64,000 nucleotides of DNA from Chloroflexota bacterium (GTDB lineage Bacteria; Chloroflexota; Limnocylindria; Limnocylindrales; CSP1-4): NCBI GenBank assembly GCA_027364875.1, contig DAHXON010000004.1, forward strand, positions 15,089-79,088, read 5' to 3'. Of the stretch, positions 20,735 to 29,566 are shown one piece after another (within the stretch, counting starts at the first letter, position 1; each line of letters opens with the position of its first letter). A program made the translations under genes and the position numbers. The notes under the pieces were generated by a model. The model saw nothing but the letters and a program-made list of their open reading frames with translations. It was not told where the DNA came from and did no database searches.

Positions 20735-21961
20735 TCACGACGATTCTCGAGGGCCGCTTTCCGGACCGTCGGGACCGGGGCCGCCGGGTTCCGTGCCCGG
20801 GCCGAGTCGCTTCTCGGTTGCGTCGCCGCTTCGCGATCTCCGGTTGGTCCAATTCTGTACCGTGGCGGGCCGGCCGGTGCGCAGCCGATGCCCGACCTCC
20901 GGCCCACGGGCTGCATCCGGGCCGTACCCGGCATTCCCGGCCGGCACGTCCCCCGCCGGCGCGTTCTCCGGCACGCCCGGCGCGACCGCGCCGGCCAGAA
21001 GAGTGGCCGCGACGAAAGGTTCACCGTCGCCGATGAGCGGCAACGTGGCATCGACGATCGCCTGGCGAACCGCCCGGGCAGCTCCCCTGGCTTCGTCGAG
21101 GGTGGCGTAGAGGGCCCACAGGGTCGGGCCCGATCCGGACTGGCAGACCGGGCGGTCCAGGATGCGGCCGAGCATGGCAGTGAAACCGGCGAGTCCCGGC
21201 GCGGTGGTCACGGCGGCGGGGATGAGGTCGTTGGCCAGGGCCAGGTCTCGGGCGCGCTCGAGCAGCACGCGAGGGCTCGGGTCGTTGCGCATCTGCGTCG
21301 CAAGCTCCTCGGAAATGCGAAGAGCTCGATCGCCGCTGGGCCGGTATCCGTTGGCATAGGCCCGGAACACGGCCGCCGTGGAAACCGGCTGGCGCGGCGT
21401 GACGAGCAGGATCGCGACGGTCCCGACCATGGCGGGCAGGGGCTCGACGTTCTCCCCGCGGCCGGTCACGACGGCGCCGCAGCCCGCCTGGAAGAAGGGC
21501 ACGTCCGAGCCGAGGGACGCCGCCAGGCTCGACAGGGCCTCCGCCGGCAGGGTCACGCCCCAGGCACCGAGAGCCGCGTCGATCGCGGCGGCCGCGTCGC
21601 TGCTGCCGCCTCCGAGGCCGGCCGCCACGGGGATGCGCTTGCTGAGCAGGGTCGCCAGCAGCGCCGGAGGAGCTTCCGACCTTTCGTGATGGATGGCGAC
21701 CGCTTCACGAGCGCCGGCGATGGCCCGCAGAACGAGGTTGTCCGGTTCGGACGTCACGGGCAAGCCCGACACCCGGAGGCTGTCGCAGGTGGCGTTCGAG
21801 CCGGCGATGCGGACGGTGAGAGCGTCCCCGAGGGTCAGGGGCACCATGATCGAATGAAGGGCGTGGAAGCCGTCTGCGCGCCGGCCGGTGACCGCCAGAG
21901 TGAGGTTCAGCTTGGCCGGCGCGAACCGGACGACGTGAACGGCGGTCGTCTCCGGGCTCAT
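20735..21961 (-). CDS. ispE: 4-diphosphocytidyl-2-C-methyl-D-erythritol kinase with a ~100-aa low-complexity C-terminal tail
   Basis: APAKLNLTLAVTGRRADGFHALHSIM and IPVAAGLGGGSSDAAAAI GHMP kinase motifs. The tail is Pro/Gly/Glu rich. Confidence 0.8.
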   Translation of the reverse strand: MSPETTAVHVVRFAPAKLNLTLAVTGRRADGFHALHSIMVPLTLGDALTVRIAGSNATCDSLRVSGLPVTSEPDNLVLRAIAGAREAVAIHHERSEAPPALLATLLSKRIPVAAGLGGGSSDAAAAIDAALGAWGVTLPAEALSSLAASLGSDVPFFQAGCGAVVTGRGENVEPLPAMVGTVAILLVTPRQPVSTAAVFRAYANGYRPSGDRALRISEELATQMRNDPSPRVLLERARDLALANDLIPAAVTTAPGLAGFTAMLGRILDRPVCQSGSGPTLWALYATLDEARGAARAVRQAIVDATLPLIGDGEPFVAATLLAGAVAPGVPENAPAGDVPAGNAGYGPDAARGPEVGHRLRTGRPATVQNWTNRRSRSGDATEKRLGPGTEPGGPGPDGPESGPRESS

Positions 21962-22020
21962 CGCCGTATCTCCGGGCTCATCGACGGGTCTCCGGGCTCA
22001 TCGACGGGTCTCCCGGCCCT
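21947..22020. repeat. About 4 tandem copies of a 20-bp unit (tctccgggctcatcgacggg) at the ispE start / ksgA end junction
   Basis: Read directly in the sequence. Each unit carries ctcat, the reverse complement of an ATG(AG) start, so the ispE start context is multiplied. Confidence 0.8.
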
Positions 22021-23998
22021 CATGAGCCGCCCGGCCGCCGGGAATGGGCCCGATCGCGCGGCTGAGGTCCAGCCACTCCGCCACGGACAGCGTCTGAGGC
22101 CGCCTGTCGCCGTCGATCCCGGCGGCCTCCAGGGCGCGCCCAACCGCATCGCCGCTGATGGGGAGCTGTCGCGAGATCACGTTCTTCAGCTTCTTGCGCC
22201 GCTCGCGAAAACCGGCCTGGACGAGGCGCCACAGCTCGTCTTCTGCGGCGGCGTCCGGCGCGGCTCGGGCGACCCCCACTGTGCCCGCGGCGTCCACTGT
22301 GCCCGCGGTGCCGGCGGCCCCCACCGCTCCCGCGGCGACTCGGGGCCGAATCTCCACGACGGCCGACTCGACCTCCGGCGGCGGCTCGAAAGCTTCTCGC
22401 GGCACCACGAACGCGATTCTGACATTCGCGTGGTACTGCACGAAGACGGAGAGATAGCTCATGTCCCCGGGCGGGGCCGCGATCCGCTCTGCCACTTCGC
22501 GCTGGAGCATCAGGACCAGCCGCACCGGCGACCACGGCGCGCCTAGGAAGCGATGGAGTATCGGGCTCGTGATGTGATACGGAACGTTGGCCACCACTTC
22601 GTATGGCGGCTCGATCAGAGAGGCGATCTCCTGGTCGAGTATGTCCCCCTGGACGATGCGAAGGCGTCCGGTCTGGACGGCCTCGGCCTGCGTTCGGTCC
22701 AGCCGCCCAGCCAGCCGGCGATCCAGCTCGACCGCCACTACAGACGCCCCTGCCTCCAGGAGCCCGCCGGTCAGGATGCCAAGCCCGGGGCCGATCTCGA
22801 GAATGTGCGCTTCCGGCGCGGGATCGGCGAGATCGAGGATGGACTGGAGAACGTCCGGATCCGCCAGGAAGTTCTGCGAAAGTGCGTGGTGAGCTCGCAA
22901 TCCCTCCTCGCGAAGCTGCCGCCTGACCGCCAGCGGATCCAGCCTCGGCGGGCGAGGAGCCGCGCGTTTGCCGGCCTCGGCCGCGGCCCCCGTCGATTCG
23001 TTCATCGTCGCGCCAGCGGCATGGAGGGTCTCGCCTCCCGCCCCTATCATGGCGCCGTTGTCCGTGCAGAGCGCCGGCCGCGGCACGACGAGCGGAATGC
23101 CGGCCTTGCGGGCGCCGTCGGCGAGCCGATCGCGGAGCACTCGATTCGCGGCCACGCCGCCGCCGAGCACCACTGAGCGCGCACCGGCCTGCCGGGCCGC
23201 ACGGAGTGTCTTGGTCACGAGCACGTCCACCACCGATTCCTGGAAGCCGTCGGCGAGCTCCGCGACCCGAGCCTGGTCCGCCGGTGCCGAGGAGATGCCT
23301 GCCGGCCCGACCGTCCGGCGCACCGCCGTCTTGAGTCCGCTGAAGCTGAAGTCGAACGAATCGCCCAGCCAGGCCCGCGGGAAGACCACGTCGTGGCGAG
23401 TGGCGGCGGCGGCCGCCTTCATGATCTCCGGGCCGCCCGGGTACGAGAGGCCCAGCAGCCGGCCCACCTTGTCGAACGCCTCGCCCGCGGCGTCGTCCAC
23501 CGTCTCGCCCAGGAGCCGGTAGGTGAGGTGATCGCGCATCTCGACGAGAAACGTGTGGCCGCCCGAGACGATCAGGGCCACTAGCGGGAAGAGCGGCTCG
23601 CGAACCTCGCGCGCCTCGTCGGAGAGCCAGGCGGCGTAGAGGTGACCCTCCAGGTGGTTCACCGGGACGAGCGGCTTGCCGTGGACATAGGCGAGCGTCT
23701 TGGCGAAGTTGATGCCGACCAGGAGCGAGCCCGCGAGTCCCGGCCCCTCGGTCACGGCCACCGCGGCGATGTCGTCCCAGCCAACTCCGGCCCCGGCCCA
23801 CGCTTCGTCGAGCACCGGCACGATCCAGCGCAGGTGGGCGCGCGCCGCCACCTCCGGCACGATTCCGCCGGCGGCCGCGTGCATGGAGACCTGGCTCGCG
23901 ACGACGTTCGAGAGGATCCGCCGGCCATCCTCCACGACGGCGATCCCGGTTTCGTCGCAGCTGCTCTCGACGGCGAGGATCAGGTCGCCGGCGCTCAA
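21998..23998 (-). CDS. tsaD-ksgA: In-frame fusion ORF: tRNA t6A synthase TsaD (N-terminal ~350 aa) plus 16S rRNA dimethyladenosine transferase KsgA/RsmA (C-terminal ~300 aa)
   Basis: TsaD part: LILAVESSCDETGIAVV ... LCTDNGAMIG. KsgA part: LSQNFLADPDVL, EIGPGLGILTGG, VVAVELDRRL, VVANVPYHITSPIL. No stop codon between the two. An internal ATG (MNESTG) could be an independent ksgA start. Confidence 0.75.
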   Translation of the reverse strand: MSAGDLILAVESSCDETGIAVVEDGRRILSNVVASQVSMHAAAGGIVPEVAARAHLRWIVPVLDEAWAGAGVGWDDIAAVAVTEGPGLAGSLLVGINFAKTLAYVHGKPLVPVNHLEGHLYAAWLSDEAREVREPLFPLVALIVSGGHTFLVEMRDHLTYRLLGETVDDAAGEAFDKVGRLLGLSYPGGPEIMKAAAAATRHDVVFPRAWLGDSFDFSFSGLKTAVRRTVGPAGISSAPADQARVAELADGFQESVVDVLVTKTLRAARQAGARSVVLGGGVAANRVLRDRLADGARKAGIPLVVPRPALCTDNGAMIGAGGETLHAAGATMNESTGAAAEAGKRAAPRPPRLDPLAVRRQLREEGLRAHHALSQNFLADPDVLQSILDLADPAPEAHILEIGPGLGILTGGLLEAGASVVAVELDRRLAGRLDRTQAEAVQTGRLRIVQGDILDQEIASLIEPPYEVVANVPYHITSPILHRFLGAPWSPVRLVLMLQREVAERIAAPPGDMSYLSVFVQYHANVRIAFVVPREAFEPPPEVESAVVEIRPRVAAGAVGAAGTAGTVDAAGTVGVARAAPDAAAEDELWRLVQAGFRERRKKLKNVISRQLPISGDAVGRALEAAGIDGDRRPQTLSVAEWLDLSRAIGPIPGGRAAHEGRETRR
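22270..22335. repeat. Imperfect tandem repeat (ccactgtgcccgcgg x2, plus a degenerate copy) inside the KsgA moiety
   Basis: Seen in the sequence. It encodes the VAAGAVGAAGTAGTVDAAGTVGVA insertion. Confidence 0.6.
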
Positions 23999-24720
23999 TG
24001 CGACCTCCTCGAGACGCTGCTCGGCCGGATGATCCGCGGCGCCCTCTCCACCCGCTCAGCCTGCTCAGCCCGCTCAGCCCGCTCAGCCCGCTCAGCCCGC
24101 TCCGCCTCCGAGTCGGCGCCGGTCTCCGGCGAGCCTTCGGCGGCGTCAATGCGGTGGGGCCGGGGCACGGGCAGGCCGTCGGGCCCGATCTCGATGTCGG
24201 GCCGGGCCGCCAGCTCGCCGCGGAGCCGGGCGATGCGCTCCTGCATCGGCCGCCCCTCGAGCGGGTCGGTGGTCATGATCAGAGCGTCCTCGTTGTTGTC
24301 CGTGTAGTAGCGGGGCCGGACGCCGACGACCTTGAACCCGAACTTCTCGTACAGGCGGCGGGCCGGCATGTTGCTGGGCCGGACCTCGAGAGTGGCTTCG
24401 TTGGCACCGCGAGCCACGGCCATGTCCAGCAGGGCGACGAGGAGCCGCTCGCCGATCCCCTGACGCCGCCACGTCGCCCGGGTGGCAAAAGTGGTCACGT
24501 GGGCCTCGTCCACGAGCAGCCAGGTTCCGGCAAAGCCCACGATCTGGTCGCCGTACCTCGCCACGATGTAGTGAGCGAGCTTGTTCTGCTCGAGCTCCTG
24601 TCGATAGGCATGCGCCGGCCAGGGCGTGGAGAAGCTCTCGCGCTCGATCTCGTGGACGGCCGCCAGATCGTCGACGGTCATCCGGTCGACGACAACCGCT
24701 ACCGGGGGTCGTGCGACCAT
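23995..24720 (-). CDS. rimI: Ribosomal-protein-alanine N-acetyltransferase (GNAT) with a ~90-aa C-terminal extension containing (AER)n
   Basis: GNAT motifs RRQGIGERLLVALLDMAVARGANEATLEVRPSNMPARRLYEKFGF. The tail contains AERAERAERAERAEQAERVERA. The stop overlaps the tsaD start by 4 bp. Confidence 0.75.
   Translation of the reverse strand: MVARPPVAVVVDRMTVDDLAAVHEIERESFSTPWPAHAYRQELEQNKLAHYIVARYGDQIVGFAGTWLLVDEAHVTTFATRATWRRQGIGERLLVALLDMAVARGANEATLEVRPSNMPARRLYEKFGFKVVGVRPRYYTDNNEDALIMTTDPLEGRPMQERIARLRGELAARPDIEIGPDGLPVPRPHRIDAAEGSPETGADSEAERAERAERAERAEQAERVERAPRIIRPSSVSRRSH
24055..24108. repeat. 6 tandem copies of the 9-bp unit gctcagccc
   Basis: Seen in the sequence. It encodes the (AER)n tract of the RimI tail. 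Confidence 0.85.
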
Positions 24721-25373
24721 CGAACCTCTCCGGTGAGCGCCGGAACCCCTCGCGGCAGCGTCACGTATTCGGGGACCAGAAGGGCGATGTCGTCGCCGCC
24801 TTGCGCCAGCCGTGCCGCGCCGATCGAGAGCAGCGCCGCACCGAGCCCCATTTCGGCGCGAGCTCCCCGTTCGACGGCGTCGGCGGGCGCCCGGTCGGGC
24901 AGATCGACGGCGACGACCTCGGCCCCATCCTCTATCTCCGGCTCCTCGCCGCCCCGGACCAGCGTCGCCCGGCCTTCGGCGACGACTCTGTCGGAAGGCC
25001 CGGCCGGCAGCAGGAGGACGGCCTTCGTGCCCTCGACCGCGCCGGCCCGTCTTGCCGCGATCAGCAGCGCCTCCGACGTAGCGACGCCCGCCAGCGGAAT
25101 GCCCAGGCCCCGAGCCAGTGCCTTTGCGGTCGCGAGACCGACTCGCAGCCCCGTGAACGCGCCCGGCCCCGTGCCCACGACCACGCCACCGAGGCCGGTC
25201 ATCGGAGTGGCCGTCTCGGTCAGCATCCCGTCGATGCGGGCCAGCAGCTCCTCGCCGTGGCGGTAGCCCGCCTGCCAGCGGTGCTCCACGACCGGCGTCC
25301 CGTCGGCCTCGCCGAGAGCCACGAGCGCGCTCGTGCCCGACGTATCGATGGCGAGGATACGGCCTTCGCTCAT
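24699..25373 (-). CDS. tsaB: tRNA t6A synthase subunit TsaB (inactive Kae1 homologue)
   Basis: ILAIDTSGTSALVALGEADG N-terminus. Start taken at the internal ATG 25373, which overlaps the tsaE stop (ATGA). The longer ORF reaching 25547 is probably not translated. Confidence 0.8.
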   Translation of the reverse strand: MSEGRILAIDTSGTSALVALGEADGTPVVEHRWQAGYRHGEELLARIDGMLTETATPMTGLGGVVVGTGPGAFTGLRVGLATAKALARGLGIPLAGVATSEALLIAARRAGAVEGTKAVLLLPAGPSDRVVAEGRATLVRGGEEPEIEDGAEVVAVDLPDRAPADAVERGARAEMGLGAALLSIGAARLAQGGDDIALLVPEYVTLPRGVPALTGEVRWSHDPR

Positions 25374-25882
25374 CGGCCCGACTCCTTCGCGCCGGTTGCG
25401 GTCGCGGCTGCGGCGAGGGCCTGCATGTAGCGGGCGTAGCCCGGTCCCTCGGCCACGAGCGTGATCCGCCGTGGATCGTCGCCCGTGCCGTCGATCAGCA
25501 CGTCCAGGCGCTCGGCCGGCATGGCGTCCGCGAGCCGCTCGGCCCACTCGACGAGAGTGACCCCCTCCGCCTGGCGCTCGTCGATCAACCCCCCGGCCAT
25601 GGCCTCCGCGGCGTCGGCGAGACGGTACAGGTCGATGTGGAACATCGGCAGCCGGCCCCGGTACTCGGCCATGAGCACGAAGCTCGGCGAGACGATCGTG
25701 TCCGTGACTCCCAGGGCCGCGCCGAAGCCCTTGGCGAACTGGGTCTTGCCCGCGCCAAGGTCGCCCACGAGGCTGATTAGGTCGCCCGGCTGGGCGGCGG
25801 CGGCCAGGGACGCCGCCAGCGCCCGCGTCGATTCGGGGTCGCGCGTAACGACGGTCGTCCGGAGTGTCTGGCCTGCGATCAC
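25370..25882 (-). CDS. tsaE: tRNA t6A synthase ATPase subunit TsaE
   Basis: Walker A LVGDLGAGKT and FHIDLYRL motif. Confidence 0.85.
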   Translation of the reverse strand: MIAGQTLRTTVVTRDPESTRALAASLAAAAQPGDLISLVGDLGAGKTQFAKGFGAALGVTDTIVSPSFVLMAEYRGRLPMFHIDLYRLADAAEAMAGGLIDERQAEGVTLVEWAERLADAMPAERLDVLIDGTGDDPRRITLVAEGPGYARYMQALAAAATATGAKESGR

Positions 25883-25934
25883 CCCGGGAGGTTACCCGAA
25901 ACGAGCCCGGGGCCGCTGTCCGGACGGTCGGGCC

Positions 25935-27119
25935 CTACAGGACGAACCGCTCGAGGTCCGCGATGGGCAGTATCGTCGTGTCGGTCTCGTCCACGAAGCG
26001 GACGACCGCCGCGTCGAGGTAGATCCCGCCGCGGAAACGGCGCAGGCCGGCGGCCTCGAGCCAGCGACCTTCGCGCCCGGCGTGAGGCCCGCTGCGGACC
26101 CTGACCCAGTCCCGCGCCAGTTCCGGCAGCGGGACGTCCACGACGTCGAAGACGAGAAGTGGCGGATCCGTTGAAACCGCGACTTCGCGACCCGCGAGAG
26201 CGGCCAGCAGCGCCAGGAGCGGCGTGGGGAGCGGCCGGCGCTGGTACCCGTCGAGGGCGATCAGCCCGAACGGAACCGACGGCGCCAGGCTGGCCCGCTG
26301 GCGCGCCAGGGAGGCTGCCAGATCGCGCAGCTCGCCCTGGCCGACGGAGCCCGCCACCAGGCCTCGGATCGACATCGCCCTCGCCCGGCTGATGGCCTGG
26401 GCCGAGATCCGGCTGCCGGCCACGACGACCGCGCCGGACTTGCCCACGTCCAGCGCGCTTGCCCAGAGCTCGCCGTCCGTGAGCCGCGGCACGTCGAGGT
26501 AGCCACGCGAAGGCTCGCCCGCGGCGATGGCCCCGGGAATGGCGGAACCGTTGACCTCGACGGTGATCTCGACGCAGTTGCGGGCGTCCTTGACCACTCC
26601 GCCGAAGGGCGCCTCGACCACCTCGTGCCGCTCGCCGACGGCCGCCCGCCAGCGCCCGTGGGTTTCGAACAGCAGAGTTCCCGCGACCCTGTTGAGTGGC
26701 TTCTTGAGGGGCGGGCGACCGCGTCGTTCGGCGCCGCCGACCCACCACTTGCCGGGCACCGGCGGCGTCCGCCGGTCGCGCCGGGGCGCCTCTTCGTCCT
26801 CATCGTCCACGGCGATGGCCGACGTCGCCGGCGAGATGCCTGGCCTGTCCGCGGCCTCAATCCCCGGCAGCTTGCCGATGTCCACGACCTCGGCGTCGGG
26901 CGTGCGCTCCGCGATAGGAGTGCCCGCCTCGATGCTGTCGCCGGCCTTGACCAGAGCCCGCTCGCCCGGCCCGAGTCCGATCCGGACCACCGGCCGCGTG
27001 ACGAGGATCCGGCGGCGCGCGACTCTCTCGAGGCCGGGCGGCAGCTCGACGGCTGGGGAGCTGGGCGGGACGCTAGGTGCGGCGCTCCGGGCGCTCGTTC
27101 TGGCCGTTCGAGGGCTCAT
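25935..27119 (-). CDS. Hypothetical protein (394 aa), translationally coupled to the upstream ASKHA-like gene
   Basis: ATG at 27119 overlaps the upstream stop (ATGA). No family recognised. VKAGDSIEAGTPIAE resembles a barrel-sandwich or lipoyl-like segment, and the C-terminus is KOW-like (VRVRSGPHAGREGRWLEAAG). Confidence 0.45.
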   Translation of the reverse strand: MSPRTARTSARSAAPSVPPSSPAVELPPGLERVARRRILVTRPVVRIGLGPGERALVKAGDSIEAGTPIAERTPDAEVVDIGKLPGIEAADRPGISPATSAIAVDDEDEEAPRRDRRTPPVPGKWWVGGAERRGRPPLKKPLNRVAGTLLFETHGRWRAAVGERHEVVEAPFGGVVKDARNCVEITVEVNGSAIPGAIAAGEPSRGYLDVPRLTDGELWASALDVGKSGAVVVAGSRISAQAISRARAMSIRGLVAGSVGQGELRDLAASLARQRASLAPSVPFGLIALDGYQRRPLPTPLLALLAALAGREVAVSTDPPLLVFDVVDVPLPELARDWVRVRSGPHAGREGRWLEAAGLRRFRGGIYLDAAVVRFVDETDTTILPIADLERFVL

Positions 27120-29104
27120 TCGTCCACCTCGGGCCACATGCCCTTCTGCCACGCCTCCAGGGCCGCGCGCCGTGACTCAGGCCGCTCCGAGATACGCATC
27201 GGGACGTCGCGCAGGTCGATCAGGAGGCCCACCAGGCCCCCGGAGAGGTCCATCGAGAAGTGGTGGCCGCGGGTGCCAAGGCGGACGGTGTCGCGGAAGT
27301 CCAGGTCGGCGGTGGCGGTCCGGCCGCTCGGCAGGTCGACGACCTGGATCGCGCCCGGGTGGAGCTCGATCTCCGAGACGTAGCTCGTGCCCTTGAGCTT
27401 GAGGTGACCGGCGCTCTTGCCCGGTTTCACTCCAGCGGGCACGACCAGGCTACCCATGGGCAGGAGGATGTCGTCGGCGAGGTTGGCCAGCAGCCGCCGG
27501 CGTTCGCCCTCGTCTTCGATCGTGCCGAGCGGACCCAGGACGCGGGCGGTGTCGCAGGCTACCTGGCTTATCCCGGACCTGCGGACGATGTCTGCGATGC
27601 CGAGCGTGACCACCGAAGCCGGCAGCGACGCGAAGATGCCGCCCGCTGCCACCAGCAATTCCGGCATGGGCCGCTCGGAGATCTCCGGAGCCGCGGCCAC
27701 GAGACGGGTCAGGGCCGCCTTGGCCGCCGCGAGCCGGAACGTCGCCCCGTCGCCTTCCGCGTTGCCCCAGGGCGCGACGCGAAGGTCGTTGAGTCGATCC
27801 GTGAGCCGATGCCGGTCGATCGAGGCCGTGGACCAGGCGGCCAGGGCGTCGATCACTTCATCCGAGGGATCTTCGGGCGCGAACGATCCCTCCACGAGGC
27901 TCGCGTGCGACGAGAGGATCGAGAAGTGGCCGTGGCCGAAGGGTTCGGAACGGGCCACGAGGCCGCCCTGGAGCCCCACCTCCACGACTTCCATTGAGCG
28001 GTCCAGGACGTAGGCGAGCGAGGCGATCGAACGGGCGATGTTGAGCCGGCTGTCGTTCGGCTCCGAGCGCAGACCCTCGAGGACCTGCTGGAGCGAGGAG
28101 CCGGGCGGCGAGCCCGCTTCCACATCCGGTGCGAGCAGGACGTGGGTGGCCGGGAGCTCGGGTACGGCGACGACACTCGGGGTCGAAATGGGCGCCGCCG
28201 AGGCGTCCACCGGAGCGGAACCGGATTCGGCCTGGAGGGGGGCGTCTTCGGCGTCTCGTTCGACGCCCGCGACCGCACCCAGTTGAGCCTGGGGCTGGCC
28301 GACCGCGGCCTTCGACTGGCTGGCGTCCTTGTCGGGCGGACGGCTGGCGATGTCGGCCTCCGGTCCGGCCGTTCCATCGGTGCGATCCCGTGCCGGGGTG
28401 GACGGCGCCACCGGCGCGAGCGTCGGGATTGGCGTGGGGGCGGGGGCCGTCGCCGTAGCCGTGGCCGTGGCCGAGCCCGAGGCCGCGGATGCTTGAGCCG
28501 CGGCCGCCAGGTTCTGCTCGGCGAAGACCGCTTCGTAGGCCGCGGCGCCGCCGGCCAGGATCACCAGCAGCTCGGGCCGCTGGCGTGTGGCCGCGGCAAC
28601 GAGCGCGGCGAGGTCCGGCAGGTTCTTCCGATCGTCGCCCGAAGGCGAGCGATCCGCGCCCAGGAGCACCGCGCACGTCTCGGTGGCGAAGATCGTCCTC
28701 GCGAGGTCCATCGGATTGGCGTCGTCCACGCTCGCGGACACGACCTTCCAGCCCGAACGCTGAGCCACGGATTCGAGCCGGTTGCGCTGCCGGCGCGAGG
28801 CGGCCAGGACGGCGATGCGGCGTGGGGGCGCGGAGGAGGCGACGAAGCGAGGCCAGGACTCCAGGATTGCCTCGGACCCCCGACCCCGTCCGCGTCCGGC
28901 GCCGAGATCCTCCAGGATCTCAGGGTCGGCACGGTGGATCTGCCGGAGCAGGCTCTCCAGAAGCGCATCGGCGCCTGTGGAGGCCGGGGCGCAAGAGTGT
29001 CCGACCAGCCGCCATCGGCCCCCAACGTGCCCGATCAGTGCGGCTGACGTCGTGGCCGAGCCCAAATCGAGAGCGAAGAACGCTCGAGGCTGCTGGCTGG
29101 TCAC
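27116..29104 (-). CDS. Hypothetical 662-aa protein with an N-terminal actin-like ATPase (ASKHA) phosphate-1 motif and a long Ala/Pro/Thr low-complexity linker
   Basis: FFALDLGSATTSAALIG resembles the DxGSTxTK motif of GlmL/MutL- or PilM/FtsA-like ASKHA proteins. About 150 aa of low-complexity linker (SGSATATATATAPAPTPIPTLAPVAPSTPA). Conserved-looking C-terminal 300 aa. Confidence 0.45.
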   Translation of the reverse strand: MTSQQPRAFFALDLGSATTSAALIGHVGGRWRLVGHSCAPASTGADALLESLLRQIHRADPEILEDLGAGRGRGRGSEAILESWPRFVASSAPPRRIAVLAASRRQRNRLESVAQRSGWKVVSASVDDANPMDLARTIFATETCAVLLGADRSPSGDDRKNLPDLAALVAAATRQRPELLVILAGGAAAYEAVFAEQNLAAAAQASAASGSATATATATAPAPTPIPTLAPVAPSTPARDRTDGTAGPEADIASRPPDKDASQSKAAVGQPQAQLGAVAGVERDAEDAPLQAESGSAPVDASAAPISTPSVVAVPELPATHVLLAPDVEAGSPPGSSLQQVLEGLRSEPNDSRLNIARSIASLAYVLDRSMEVVEVGLQGGLVARSEPFGHGHFSILSSHASLVEGSFAPEDPSDEVIDALAAWSTASIDRHRLTDRLNDLRVAPWGNAEGDGATFRLAAAKAALTRLVAAAPEISERPMPELLVAAGGIFASLPASVVTLGIADIVRRSGISQVACDTARVLGPLGTIEDEGERRRLLANLADDILLPMGSLVVPAGVKPGKSAGHLKLKGTSYVSEIELHPGAIQVVDLPSGRTATADLDFRDTVRLGTRGHHFSMDLSGGLVGLLIDLRDVPMRISERPESRRAALEAWQKGMWPEVDE

Positions 29105-29142
29105 GCCGATATGCTACCCGCCCCAGATGACCGCGTGCGTTC

Positions 29143-29433
29143 TCACGCGTCCCAGGCGATTTCCTCGTCGGGGTCCTGGAGCCGCTCGATGAGCTGCTCG
29201 ATACCCAGGTCGTCGGCGAGGATCTCCGTGGCGACCGCCAGCTCGCCGCCAAAGACCCCGCGAAGGACGGGGTCGAAGAACACCATCGCATTGCTGCCCA
29301 GGGGGCGGTATGGACGGCTGGCCTGCAGGAACAGTACCGCTGGAGCGGTCAGGCCCCGCAGCTGGATCTCGCGGGCGGCCTGCTCGACGAGATCGTCGCG
29401 CTGTTCCTCCGAGCGGCCATGGAATTCCATCAT
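29143..29433 (-). CDS. Small acidic hypothetical protein (~97 aa)
   Basis: MMEFHGRSEEQRDDLVEQAAREIQLRG... The RBS ACGGAGAG precedes the ATG at 29433, which lies inside a longer ORF reaching 29619. Confidence 0.4.
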   Translation of the reverse strand: MMEFHGRSEEQRDDLVEQAAREIQLRGLTAPAVLFLQASRPYRPLGSNAMVFFDPVLRGVFGGELAVATEILADDLGIEQLIERLQDPDEEIAWDA

Positions 29434-29566
29434 TGCGATGCTCTCCGTGATCGCTGGTTCTTTCGTGTTGGCATCCGGTCTCGGGACCGACTCCGTCTGC
29501 CCGCGGCCCCAGGCCGCTCTCTCCTCCAGGACTGCGCCCCGGGCCGGCTGTGGGGCTTCCCCCGCC

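Noticed and set aside
22020-24149. 709-aa minus-strand ORF overlapping tsaD-ksgA and rimI in another frame
   Set aside because: Arg/Gly/Pro-rich translation with no recognisable domains. It shadows two strongly supported genes, so it is a typical high-GC alternative-frame ORF.
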